Origin: Desulfobacteraceae bacterium | GTDB taxonomy: Bacteria > Desulfobacterota > Desulfobacteria > Desulfobacterales > Desulfosarcinaceae | Length of the DNA stretch: 64,000 nt | Direction of reading: 5' to 3' | Assembly: GCA_027068085.1 (NCBI GenBank) | Contig: JAMOUQ010000022.1 | Span: forward strand, 23,907 to 87,906 | Part shown: in pieces, positions 28,208-36,942 of the stretch | How positions within the stretch are numbered: position 1 is the first letter of the stretch | Layout: the number at the start of each line of letters is the position of its first letter | Translations under genes and position numbers: made by a program | The notes under the pieces: generated by a model | What the model was told of the DNA's origin: nothing | What the model saw: only the letters and a program-made list of their open reading frames with translations | Databases searched by the model: none

Positions 28208-30321
28208 TCCATGAGTATCCAAACTACGTGCCCGACCTTTTGCTGCACGGCCTGCGCAAGATTTTGGGGCCTGAAGCGGTGGAATACCCGCGCAAGGACT
28301 GCCTTTACCGGGGGGTTATCGGCCTGGGTGTGTGCCCGCCGGACCAGCTTTGCCCGGGCTGGTTCCCTGACGACGGCGAAGCTGTCGACCGTTCCGATAT
28401 CGAGGCCAAGGTCAGGACCGGATACTTCGACCTGGTCATTGCCGACCAGCGCCTTGCACCCTGGCAGGACCGGCTTCTGGCAGACTGCGGTGCGGCCCTG
28501 GTGATCGTCGACGGCGAGGACCGGCCGGCCCCTGTTCCCGCCGGCGACTGGATCATCTGCCGCCGGGAGACAGATGGAAGCGACTTCAGCATACCCCTTC
28601 CCATGGCCCTGCCCGAGGAGGTCTTCAATATCATCGCCGGCTTCGATTCCGAACCCAAGCAATACAGCCTCGGCTTTCTGGGAAGCACCCACGACGGGCA
28701 AAGGCGGCAGATCGTTGAAAAACTTGCCCGCTGGTACCCTGACAGCCTCCTGGCGGCCACAGGCGTTCCCAGCCCGGAAGAGCCCAGACCGGAAGGCAGG
28801 CTGGCACGGGCGGACTACTACCGGATGCTGCAGCGCTGCAAGATGGTGCTCAGCCTTCCGGGGGCCGGATACGACACCTTTCGCTTCTGGGAAAATACCG
28901 CCTGTAACGCCCTGCACCTGGTGCAGCAGATGCCGCTTTTTATTCCCGACGATTTTGTATCCGGACGCCACGTGCTGCGCTTCGAGCAGCCGGAAAAACT
29001 GCGCCCTCACCTGGACGGGCTGCTGGCAGACCGGGAAGGTTGCCGGCAAATGATAAGCGAGCAGCGCTATCATCTTTACCGCCATCACCTGACTTCGGCC
29101 CGGGCCGCCTATTTCCTGGACAGGGTCAACCGGGCCCTGGGCAGACGGGTATTTCAGCCGGCCGGCGGACCGGTCCGGATACTGTCGGGGGGGCAGGCTG
29201 CCGCCGATCCGGCGGCCGGTGCCGGTGAGACCCCGGCAGCCAAAGACGAAGAATGCCTCTACCTGGGGCTTGTGCGGGGTGACAATTACGGTTGGGGTGT
29301 TTGCAGCGCAAAGCTGATCGAGGAACTGGGCCGTTTGCGCAAGGTCCATGTGTTGTCCGAAGAAGACGGATCGGCATCGGACCCAGATCTTGACGGCGAC
29401 CTTTTCCAGGCCCTGAAAAGCGTCGATTTTTTTCCCATGTTTTCCAAGGCAAGGGGAAGGCGCAATTTCGGGTACACCTTTTTCGAAAACGAGCTGACTG
29501 CCAATTCAATGCGTAACGCGCCGGCCTACGACCTTATCCTGGCCGGATCCACCTGGTGCCGGGACAGGCTGCTGGAAAAAGGAATAACCAACTGCGACGT
29601 TCTGCTCCAGGGCATCGATCCGGAAATCTTCTATCCTTCGGACGAACCGGCCAACAGGGATAGGTTTGTCATCTTTTCCGGCGGCAAGTTCGAACTGCGC
29701 AAGGGACAGGACCTGGTGCTGAAGGCCGTCAAGGTGCTGATGGACAAATATCCCGACGTCTTTCTGGTCACGTGCTGGTACAATCTCTGGCCTGAATCCC
29801 TGAAACTGATGGAATACTCCAAACATATAAATTTCAGGTACAGATCCGGCCTTTCCTGGCAAGAGCTGATGAACACCACCTGCGTGGAAAACGGGCTGGA
29901 TCCGGCCCGGGTGACTGTTCATGAACTTGTGCCCCATGACCGGTTGCGGCGCCTTTATCTCGACACCACCCTGGGCCTTTTCCCCAACCGCTGTGAAGGC
30001 GGAACCAACCTGGTCCTGATGGAATACATGGCCTGCGGCCGGCCGGTGATAGCATCTTTTACCAGCGGCCACAGGGACGTTGTCAATCAGGGCAACGCCC
30101 TGCTGCTGACCGAGCTTCAGGACTTTCTGGTGCGGATGGCAGACGGGAATCTGGTGGCCCGCTGGCAGGAAGCCGATTTTCACCAGCTGGTGGAGCACCT
30201 GGAGTACGCCTATCATAACCGGGACCAACTGGAAACCCTCGGCCGCCGGGCAGCCGGAGACATGGCCCGCCTGACCTGGGGGGCGAGCGCCCGCCGGCTT
30301 CTGGATATCCTTGCCGGATAA
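28189..30321 (+). CDS. 710-aa two-domain glycosyltransferase (N-terminal CgeB/exostosin-like domain + C-terminal GT1/GT4 domain)
   Basis: N-terminal half: YYRMLQRCKMVLSLPGAGYDTFRFWE. C-terminal half: RFVIFSGGKFELRKGQDLVL ... EGGTNLVLMEYMACGRPVIAS (GT-B, E-x7-E-like). AAGGAGGA lies before the ATG at 28189. Confidence 0.7.
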   Translation: MRILFLIHEYPNYVPDLLLHGLRKILGPEAVEYPRKDCLYRGVIGLGVCPPDQLCPGWFPDDGEAVDRSDIEAKVRTGYFDLVIADQRLAPWQDRLLADCGAALVIVDGEDRPAPVPAGDWIICRRETDGSDFSIPLPMALPEEVFNIIAGFDSEPKQYSLGFLGSTHDGQRRQIVEKLARWYPDSLLAATGVPSPEEPRPEGRLARADYYRMLQRCKMVLSLPGAGYDTFRFWENTACNALHLVQQMPLFIPDDFVSGRHVLRFEQPEKLRPHLDGLLADREGCRQMISEQRYHLYRHHLTSARAAYFLDRVNRALGRRVFQPAGGPVRILSGGQAAADPAAGAGETPAAKDEECLYLGLVRGDNYGWGVCSAKLIEELGRLRKVHVLSEEDGSASDPDLDGDLFQALKSVDFFPMFSKARGRRNFGYTFFENELTANSMRNAPAYDLILAGSTWCRDRLLEKGITNCDVLLQGIDPEIFYPSDEPANRDRFVIFSGGKFELRKGQDLVLKAVKVLMDKYPDVFLVTCWYNLWPESLKLMEYSKHINFRYRSGLSWQELMNTTCVENGLDPARVTVHELVPHDRLRRLYLDTTLGLFPNRCEGGTNLVLMEYMACGRPVIASFTSGHRDVVNQGNALLLTELQDFLVRMADGNLVARWQEADFHQLVEHLEYAYHNRDQLETLGRRAAGDMARLTWGASARRLLDILAG

Positions 30322-30353
30322 TCCCTCACTGGCCGCAGGCCGGCCGGTCCGAC

Positions 30354-33300
30354 CTAGAATTTCCTCCTCAGGTCCGCAAGCACCTGTTCGATTACAGAAT
30401 GCCAGTCCCTGAGCCGCGGCTGACGGTAGAGCCTCATGGAAGGATACCAGGGGCTGTCGCTGCGCTCCAGCATCCAGCGCCAGTCGGGCACGAAAGGCAG
30501 CAACACCCACACCGGCCGGCCCAGGGCCCCGGCCAGGTGGGCCACGGCCGTATCGACGGTTACCACCAGGTCGCAGAGGGAGATGACCGCGGCCGTATCG
30601 GTGAAATCTTCAAGCTCCGGACCCAGGTTGGCGATACGGCGGTCCGGGGAAATTTCAACGGCCTGGGCGGCGGCAGGACCTTTCTGGAGGCCGATGAAAT
30701 CAAGGTCGAGCTGCAACCAGGGCCAAAGCATTTCAAGGGACAGGGAACGGTTGCGGTCGTTGGTATGCCGGGGCCGTCCGGCCCAGACCAGGGCCACCCT
30801 TGGCCGGCCGCTGTCTCCGAGGCGCTGTCGCCATTGTCCGATTTTGGCCGGGGAGGCCTTCAGATAAGGAGTCCGGGCCGGAATCGAGTCGAGGCCGGTT
30901 CCAAAGACAAGGGGCAGGCTCATCAGGGCAATGGCGGCCCGGGCGGCAACCGCCGGATGCCGGCTGCCGCCGGGGCGCAGAACGATCCGGTCGATTCCCG
31001 GCAGATTTTCCAGAAGGGCTGCAAGCTCCGGGCGCGTTTCCAGAACCAGCTTGCGACAACGCCTGCGGGCAAGCTCCAGGTAACGCGCGAACTGGATGGT
31101 ATCGCCCAGGCCCTGTTCGTCGTGGACGAAAAGGGTGCCATCGATATTCGTGCCGTCCCAAACCGGAAGGTCCAGGCGAAAGGGGTAGATGGTCTTCCAG
31201 CGGTCGATCTTGAAACGCCATTGAAAATCACGCCAGCCGCGCCGGAAATCGCCTTTTAGCAGGCGGACGAAGGCCCGGTTCCAGCGGGCCGCGGCCAGAT
31301 CGGGGGCAAGATCGATCGCCTTGTCGAAGCACTCCAGTGCCCGTGAGTAACAGCCCCGGTTTTTGTACGTCAGGGCCAGATTGTTCCAGGCCTCGGCATA
31401 AGCAGGGGAAATTTCCAGGGCCCGTTTCAGGCAGGCCTCCGCCTGGCCGAACCGTTCAGCCAGACGCAGGGCGCTGCCCAGATTGTAATGGGCCTGGGCA
31501 AGACCGGGGCATGCCTCGACAACCTTCTCGTAACACTTGATGGCATTAGGTATATCTTCCTGAATCAACAAGATATTGCCAAGGTTATTATATGCCTGCC
31601 AGCACTGACGGTCCAGGGCAATGACCTTTTCGTAGGCCCTTCGGGCGGCGGCGTGCTTTTTCAGCCTGGTAAGGATGTCGGCCAGCCTCAGCCAGGCCTT
31701 CGGGTCCTCAGGGTCGATGCGGACAGCATTTTCCAGGGCCGCGGCGGCGTTTACCGGATCCCCCGCCTGTTCCAGGAGCAGTCCCAGGTTGAAATGGGCC
31801 GCCCGGTAGCCGGGCTTGAGCTCGATGGCCTTCCTGTAAGCCGCCGCAGCCTGGCCGTCGTCTCCCGAGGCTTCCAGGGCCGCGGCCAGATTGAACCATA
31901 CATCGGGCCGGTCAGGATCGTTTTTCAGCAGCCGGCGATAGGTTTCCACGGCCCGCCGGTACTTTCCCAGCTTGTGAAAGGCGACCGCCAGGTTGAACAG
32001 GGCCGTATCGTTCCGGGGAAAGCGGGACAGGCAGCGCTGGTAGAGGGGGATGGCCTCGGCGTCCCTGCCGCGCTGCTGCAGGTCCATGGCCTTTTGCAGC
32101 AATACTGAAGGATCGTCCGTTCCGGCCGGGACGGAACCGGTGATGGCGGAAGGGCTGCTTTCAGGCCGGCCGCCTCCCGGGGCCTTGCGGGCGGCCCGGT
32201 GCAGAAAATTTTCCAATTCGCGGACAAAAAGGCGATCTTCGCAGAGACGGTGGTGGTTGGCGGCTGTTTTTTGGCGGACCCGTTCAAGGAAATCCCTGTC
32301 GGATGCAAGGCGGACAGCTATCCGGCAATACTGTTGCTTGTCCCGGGCAATGGTTTCGCCGATGCCCATCATTTTCAGGAAGGCGTATGCGTGCCGGCCG
32401 CGCATGAACCTTCCGGGCAGGGTGACCACCGGCAGGCCGCAGGCAAGCGCCTCCAGGGTGGTCTTGCCCCCGGACCATTCCAGGCTGTCCAGCAGGACAT
32501 CGGCCGAAAGGTTGAGCCGCAGGAAATCGGCGTGCTCCATCCGGGCAACGAACAGGCAGTATTTTTCCATTTCCAGGCCGAAACTCCGGAAGGCCCTTCG
32601 CAGGCGTTTCCTGAAGACGGCGCCGGCCTGCTTGACCGGGGCCTCGATGAATACGAAAAGGCTGCCGGGCACCCTGCGGGCGATGCGGGGATAGATATCG
32701 TCGTGGCGGGGCAGGTATTTGAAAACGGACTGGGTGGAAAGAAAGACGAAAGCGTCTTTTCGGATGCCGAAACGCCGGCGGTCCGGGGCAAGGCCCCCGA
32801 GCTGCGGAGCGCTCCAGGCCAGGGCCAGGTTGGGCAGGCGGATCAGTTGCTCGGTATAGTGCTGCTGAGCATCGGCAGGCTCCATCAGGTCGCTTGACAG
32901 ATAATAGTCGATGGTTGGAAGCCCGGTGGTGACCGGGTGGCCCCAGCCCTTGCACTGAACCGGTGCCAGGCGCATTGCCGCCACCAGGGTGGTGACCGGA
33001 TTCATGCCGATGTCGGTGTGCACCAGAACATGCAGATCGTCTTGCAGGATGGCGGCCGCGGCCTTGGGGCATCCCTCGGGCAGATGCCTGAAGCTGTGGG
33101 CCAGGGCGGCCGTGGCAACCGTCTGGCGGTCGGTTTTGCGGCCAAGGTGATAGAGAAATACCCGGAAACGGTCTTTGTCCAGGTGTTTGAGCCATCCATG
33201 GAGGAATATGCCGACCGTATGGGAATAAAGGCACGAGGATACAAATCCTATCCGGATTCTTTTGCCGGGCCGCAGCTGCGGTGTGCGGGGACGGCAAAAT

Positions 33301-34109
33301 CGGGGGAAATTGGCTGACATGATTCTGGATACCAGATTGCCCCATATGGAAAGCAGGGCGCGGTCATTGCGGCCCTGGTACTGGAGAAAGAAATTGCTGG
33401 TGACTTTCAGGCCGGCAAGGGCCTGCTGCCTTCCGTTGGGAGTGTCGAGCCGCACCGCAGCGGCCAGCGCCTCCAGGTTGGAGGCAAAACGGTTCCGGCC
33501 GGACTCGATCTGTTGTTCGTTTTCGTAGATCATGGGCAGGGAAAGGTCGTGCAGCCACTTGGCGGGAGCGTAATCAGGGTCTGCCGCCAGAGCCCGGCGG
33601 TAGAGTTCCAGCCCCTGCCGGTAGGCGCCTTTTTTCTGCGCCACGATACCGAGGTTATAAAAGACTACCGGACTGCCCGGATTGATTGACAGGGCCTGTC
33701 GGAGGCAGACTTCGGCCTGGTCGAGTTTTTCGGCGTCGCGGAAAAGCACTCCCAGGTTGTTCCACAGCTTCCAGTCGTTCATGCCCCGGGGCAGCGCCCT
33801 GCGGAAGATTTCCAGGGCCCCGGAGTAGTCGCCGAGCTGCTGATGGCAGCGGAACAGGTTGTAAAGGGAACGGTAATCGTCGGGATCGAGCTCGATGGCC
33901 TTGCGGTATGCAACCACGGCCTGTCGAATGTCGTCCAGATCTTCAAGGGCGCTGCCGCAATTGTGCCAGGCAACGGCGAGTCCCGGGTCCATAGCTGTGG
34001 CCTGACGATAAAGATCGACCGCTTTTTCGAGGTCATTTTGCTGGTGATATCCTACGGCCCGGTTGTAGGCCGCAATGGCCGCATTTTCCGCCCCAGTGGT
34101 GACCGGCAT
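30354..34109 (-). CDS. about 1250-aa TPR + GT41 (SPY/OGT-like) + TPR + GT9-like fusion protein
   Basis: GT41 part: RIGFVSSCLYSHTVGIFLHGW...FRVFLYHLG and LAPVQCKGWGHPVTTGLPTIDYYLSSD. C-terminal part: DLVVTVDTAVAHLAGALGRPVWVLLPFVPDWRWMLERSDSPWYPSMRLYRQ. ATG at 34109 (AGGGAG upstream) is preferred to the TTG at 34166. Confidence 0.8.
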   Translation of the reverse strand: MPVTTGAENAAIAAYNRAVGYHQQNDLEKAVDLYRQATAMDPGLAVAWHNCGSALEDLDDIRQAVVAYRKAIELDPDDYRSLYNLFRCHQQLGDYSGALEIFRRALPRGMNDWKLWNNLGVLFRDAEKLDQAEVCLRQALSINPGSPVVFYNLGIVAQKKGAYRQGLELYRRALAADPDYAPAKWLHDLSLPMIYENEQQIESGRNRFASNLEALAAAVRLDTPNGRQQALAGLKVTSNFFLQYQGRNDRALLSIWGNLVSRIMSANFPRFCRPRTPQLRPGKRIRIGFVSSCLYSHTVGIFLHGWLKHLDKDRFRVFLYHLGRKTDRQTVATAALAHSFRHLPEGCPKAAAAILQDDLHVLVHTDIGMNPVTTLVAAMRLAPVQCKGWGHPVTTGLPTIDYYLSSDLMEPADAQQHYTEQLIRLPNLALAWSAPQLGGLAPDRRRFGIRKDAFVFLSTQSVFKYLPRHDDIYPRIARRVPGSLFVFIEAPVKQAGAVFRKRLRRAFRSFGLEMEKYCLFVARMEHADFLRLNLSADVLLDSLEWSGGKTTLEALACGLPVVTLPGRFMRGRHAYAFLKMMGIGETIARDKQQYCRIAVRLASDRDFLERVRQKTAANHHRLCEDRLFVRELENFLHRAARKAPGGGRPESSPSAITGSVPAGTDDPSVLLQKAMDLQQRGRDAEAIPLYQRCLSRFPRNDTALFNLAVAFHKLGKYRRAVETYRRLLKNDPDRPDVWFNLAAALEASGDDGQAAAAYRKAIELKPGYRAAHFNLGLLLEQAGDPVNAAAALENAVRIDPEDPKAWLRLADILTRLKKHAAARRAYEKVIALDRQCWQAYNNLGNILLIQEDIPNAIKCYEKVVEACPGLAQAHYNLGSALRLAERFGQAEACLKRALEISPAYAEAWNNLALTYKNRGCYSRALECFDKAIDLAPDLAAARWNRAFVRLLKGDFRRGWRDFQWRFKIDRWKTIYPFRLDLPVWDGTNIDGTLFVHDEQGLGDTIQFARYLELARRRCRKLVLETRPELAALLENLPGIDRIVLRPGGSRHPAVAARAAIALMSLPLVFGTGLDSIPARTPYLKASPAKIGQWRQRLGDSGRPRVALVWAGRPRHTNDRNRSLSLEMLWPWLQLDLDFIGLQKGPAAAQAVEISPDRRIANLGPELEDFTDTAAVISLCDLVVTVDTAVAHLAGALGRPVWVLLPFVPDWRWMLERSDSPWYPSMRLYRQPRLRDWHSVIEQVLADLRRKF

Positions 34110-34203
34110 GACAGTTTTTCTCCCTGATGGGCTCTTAAAACCCGGATTGAGCGTTTCAATGCTCAAAACGGGCTGAAAGATGTGCGTCTCACAGGATCAG
34201 CGA

Positions 34204-34219
34204 TGCAATCAGGATGCCA
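34204..34219 (-). promoter_or_regulatory. sigma54 promoter for the TPR-GT41-TPR-GT9 gene
   Basis: The minus strand reads TGGCATCCTGATTGCA (exact GG-N10-GC spacing, TTGCA -12 element), in the 226-bp gap downstream of flaF. Confidence 0.6.
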
Positions 34220-34392
34220 GGGGCCGCTTTTGCGGCAAGCGCACACAAATTCCTGTCGGGCCGACGGGCGTCTGTCGGGCCGGCTTGGCGTCCGGCCGGT
34301 TTCAGTCAGGCCCTGTTCGGCGTTTCAGACGACGGAATTATGACACCGCCCGCGGGCGCCGTGTACCGGAAAAGGCTGCGCAGGATCCGGTT

Positions 34393-34770
34393 TCAGCTGG
34401 GGGAGCCACGCAAGCCGGCGGCAATGTTCTGGTTTATTCTGATGATGATGTCCAGTTTTTCAGGGGAGGGAAAGGCCATGGTGTCGAAAATGCGACGGTC
34501 GATGAAACGGCTCAGCTGGAGCAGGCCGAGACGGATCTGTTTGGGCAGGGGATGATCCTTGCGGCACAATTCCACCTGAAATATGCTCCATACGCGCTGG
34601 TTGTAACGCAGGGCGGAGTCGAGCATCTCCCTGCGCGCGGGAGAATCCCAGTTCTGCTGGACCTCCATCAGTTTCAAGGCGCCCTGGGTCAGGACCCGGG
34701 CTTCGGTCTCGCGCCCGGAACTTGTGTTCCTATCCACATTTTCGTAAGCTTTGACTGCGTTGCTTAGCAC
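34393..34770 (-). CDS. flaF: flagellin synthesis regulator FlaF
   Basis: 125 aa, colinear with Caulobacter FlaF as recalled: AY...GRETEARVL..., ALRYNQRVWSIF......LPKQIRLGLLQLSRFI, IIRINQNIAAGL. Confidence 0.9.
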   Translation of the reverse strand: MLSNAVKAYENVDRNTSSGRETEARVLTQGALKLMEVQQNWDSPARREMLDSALRYNQRVWSIFQVELCRKDHPLPKQIRLGLLQLSRFIDRRIFDTMAFPSPEKLDIIIRINQNIAAGLRGSPS

Positions 34771-35149
34771 TTTCTATGGCCTCCCGTTCGTATGCGATCA
34801 GTTTTCGGGCTGTTTTCAGAGCCTTGTAATAATCCCGATGAACGATGTGCTCGCTGATGGCATCTATTATGCCGATGGCGGAAGGCGCGGCCCGGAGAAA
34901 GTCGCGCACCAGTCGCCAATAGAGATTATGGTGGGTGACGAGATTCTGCTCGTCGATATACATCAGCTGGACGACAAAGTAGATCCGGCGGGCAGGGGTG
35001 TCGGCCTCCTTTTCCCGCATTATGTTCTTTTCACGCAGGATCGGGACTTCGTTTTCCACTATCAGTTCGCAGCGGCCTCCGGCATTGGTGACAACCGCGC
35101 CACCAAGGATCATTCTTTCACCGGGTCTGAGTGTCAGTTTCAATGCCAT
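34730..35149 (-). CDS. flbT: flagellin translational regulator FlbT
   Basis: MALKLTLRPGERMILGGAVVTNAGGRCELIVENEVPILREKNIMREKEADTPARRIYFVVQLMYID... closely parallels Caulobacter FlbT. Start is set at the ATG at 35149; the ORF-track N-terminal extension is rejected. Confidence 0.9.
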   Translation of the reverse strand: MALKLTLRPGERMILGGAVVTNAGGRCELIVENEVPILREKNIMREKEADTPARRIYFVVQLMYIDEQNLVTHHNLYWRLVRDFLRAAPSAIGIIDAISEHIVHRDYYKALKTARKLIAYEREAIESAKQRSQSLRKCG

Positions 35150-35190
35150 GGCCCAAGTGTCTCCCCGTGTTAGCAGAACGGTTTCTTCCC

Positions 35191-35206
35191 TGCATGTTCC
35201 GTGCCC
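35191..35206 (-). promoter_or_regulatory. sigma54 promoter for flbT-flaF
   Basis: The minus strand reads GGGCACGGAACATGCA (GGCACG-N4-ATGCA, exact spacing). It lies between the stop of the 215-aa gene and the flbT ATG. Confidence 0.6.
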
Positions 35207-35214
35207 GGAGATTT

Positions 35215-35862
35215 CTAAATTCCGGACGCTATGGCCGCGGCCTTTTCCGACAGGACCCTGCGGCTTTCGGCAACCTTGCCGCGGGCGTTTTTGACAGCTT
35301 CCAGAGACTGTTCCAGACGGCCATCCGGGATCTGTCGCGGAAGCGGATCGATACCAAGCCAGCGGGCAGGATCGCGGCAATCTTCTGCCTTAAGGACATG
35401 ATCCTGCCGGCGGCCTTCAGGGATCGGGCCGGTCTCGATCACGTCTTTTTCCGGAGGTATCTCAAGCTTTTTCACCAGGCGCCACAATGCGTTGAATTGT
35501 TTCACAAGATCCAGCTGCTGGCGGCTTTCCGGAGGAAAAGGAGGATACTGTTTTACGAAGCCTTCAACCAGGGACTGCATCTTTCCCAGATAATCATCGA
35601 TGGCTTCCAGTGCCTGGTCGGACTTGCGGATTGACTGTGCAAGCTCCTGGAACCTGGTTTTGTCCTTTTCCAGGCGGGCAAAATCACCACCTTCCACCAC
35701 AACCTTTATTTCCCGGGGGTTCGGCGCCTGCTTGCCGGCCTGGCGGGACGAAATTTCCGGCCGCTGCCCCTGTTTGTGTCCCAAAGGCTCACGGTTGACC
35801 ATTGGCGAGTGGTCGACGCCGGTTATTGCCTTGAGGTGGGGTGGAATCTTTTCCATTTCCAT
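35215..35862 (-). CDS. hypothetical protein (215 aa) between flagellin and flbT
   Basis: Uninterrupted ORF in the locus orientation (MEMEKIPPHLKAITG...KQYPPFPPESRQQLDLVKQFNALW...). I recognise no family. There is no strong SD. Confidence 0.5.
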   Translation of the reverse strand: MEMEKIPPHLKAITGVDHSPMVNREPLGHKQGQRPEISSRQAGKQAPNPREIKVVVEGGDFARLEKDKTRFQELAQSIRKSDQALEAIDDYLGKMQSLVEGFVKQYPPFPPESRQQLDLVKQFNALWRLVKKLEIPPEKDVIETGPIPEGRRQDHVLKAEDCRDPARWLGIDPLPRQIPDGRLEQSLEAVKNARGKVAESRRVLSEKAAAIASGI

Positions 35863-35887
35863 CGCGGATCGCCTTGTTCATGGAATC

Positions 35888-35916
35888 GGTGGCAGGAGCC
35901 TGACGCCCCTGCCACC
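35888..35916 (-). terminator. stem-loop downstream of the flagellin gene (possible partial terminator)
   Basis: GGTGGCAGG-(11 nt)-CCTGCCACC, a perfect 9-bp stem about 40 nt after the flagellin stop. There is no U-tract. Confidence 0.35.
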
Positions 35917-35956
35917 GCGTTATTGCTCATGATCCGTGCGTCTGGCCGTCAAACTG

Positions 35957-36805
35957 CTAGAACAGCCGGAGCACTGACTGGGCTGCCTGGGAAGCCAGGC
36001 TCAGGGAAGTTGTACCCAGGGCCTGACGTGTCTGCAGCATCAGCATGTTGGCGCCTTCTTCGTTCATGTCGGCGTTGGTCAGGTTGGCGGCACCGTCTTC
36101 CAGGGTGTTGATCATGCCGGCCGTGAAATCCTGACGAATGTTGATGGTGCTCAAGTGGGTCGACAGCTTCTGGGCCTCGGTGCGCAGGGCCGACCGGGCG
36201 TTGTCCAGCTTGGTGATGGCCGAGTTGATTTCGGCCTTGTCAGCGGTTCCGCCGTCGCTTACCCAGGCATTGGTGCCGTGGGTGGAAAGGCTGAGGGTGG
36301 CGCCCAGGGCCGATGCGTCGAATCCGGTGATGGTCAGGGACGAATCGCCGGTCTCGTCGAACTTGATTTCATGGGTTACCGAAGTTCCATCCAGCAGGTT
36401 GACGCCCTTGTATCCGGAGTCGGCAGCCAGGAAATCGATCTGACACAACACTTCTTTGTACTGGTTGTAAAGAGTGTTGATTTCCGAAGTGGTGGAGCCT
36501 GAAAGAGCCGAGCTTGCCAGGGACTTGGCCGAGGCGATCAGGGCGGTGATGGCTTCGACGCCCTCGTTGGCAGCCGTAACCAGTTGAATGGATTCAGCCA
36601 TTTCGTCTTTACGTGAAGCCAGGTCCTCTGCCCTCTGGCGATGGCCCAGAGCCGTGAAATAGTTTACCGGGTCGTCGATCGCGTTACGGACCCTCAGGCC
36701 GGTGGCCAGGCGGTTCTGGGTCAGCTCCATCATCTTCTGGGTGTTCTGCAAGCTGAAAAGATTTTTCCGCATGCCGGATGTCAGGGTGATTTTGTCGAGT
36801 GCCAT
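35957..36805 (-). CDS. flagellin (short, alphaproteobacterial-type, 282 aa)
   Basis: N-terminus ITLTSGMRKNLFSLQNTQKMMELTQNRLATGLRVRNAIDDPVNYFTA and C-terminus NMLMLQTRQALGTTSLSLASQAAQSVLRLF. Ser/Thr-rich central part. AAGGAG SD lies 8 nt before the ATG. Confidence 0.92.
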   Translation of the reverse strand: MALDKITLTSGMRKNLFSLQNTQKMMELTQNRLATGLRVRNAIDDPVNYFTALGHRQRAEDLASRKDEMAESIQLVTAANEGVEAITALIASAKSLASSALSGSTTSEINTLYNQYKEVLCQIDFLAADSGYKGVNLLDGTSVTHEIKFDETGDSSLTITGFDASALGATLSLSTHGTNAWVSDGGTADKAEINSAITKLDNARSALRTEAQKLSTHLSTINIRQDFTAGMINTLEDGAANLTNADMNEEGANMLMLQTRQALGTTSLSLASQAAQSVLRLF

Positions 36806-36942
36806 GATGTTTTCTCCTTTTCTAGGTTTTCCCGGGCCTTCTTGCCCTTGGATTTCTGGTTGTCCTTTTCAACCGTTTCAAGCGGCGCGCATATGTTTTC
36901 TGCCTGCCTCCTTTCCCTTCGTATTTGCGCCTTCACCACCTG

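Noticed and set aside
34110-34166. TTG start at 34166 for the TPR-GT41-TPR-GT9 gene
   Set aside because: There is no SD in front of it. The in-frame ATG at 34109 is preceded by AGGGAG. Either start leaves the sigma54 promoter at 34204 upstream, so the functional call is unaffected.
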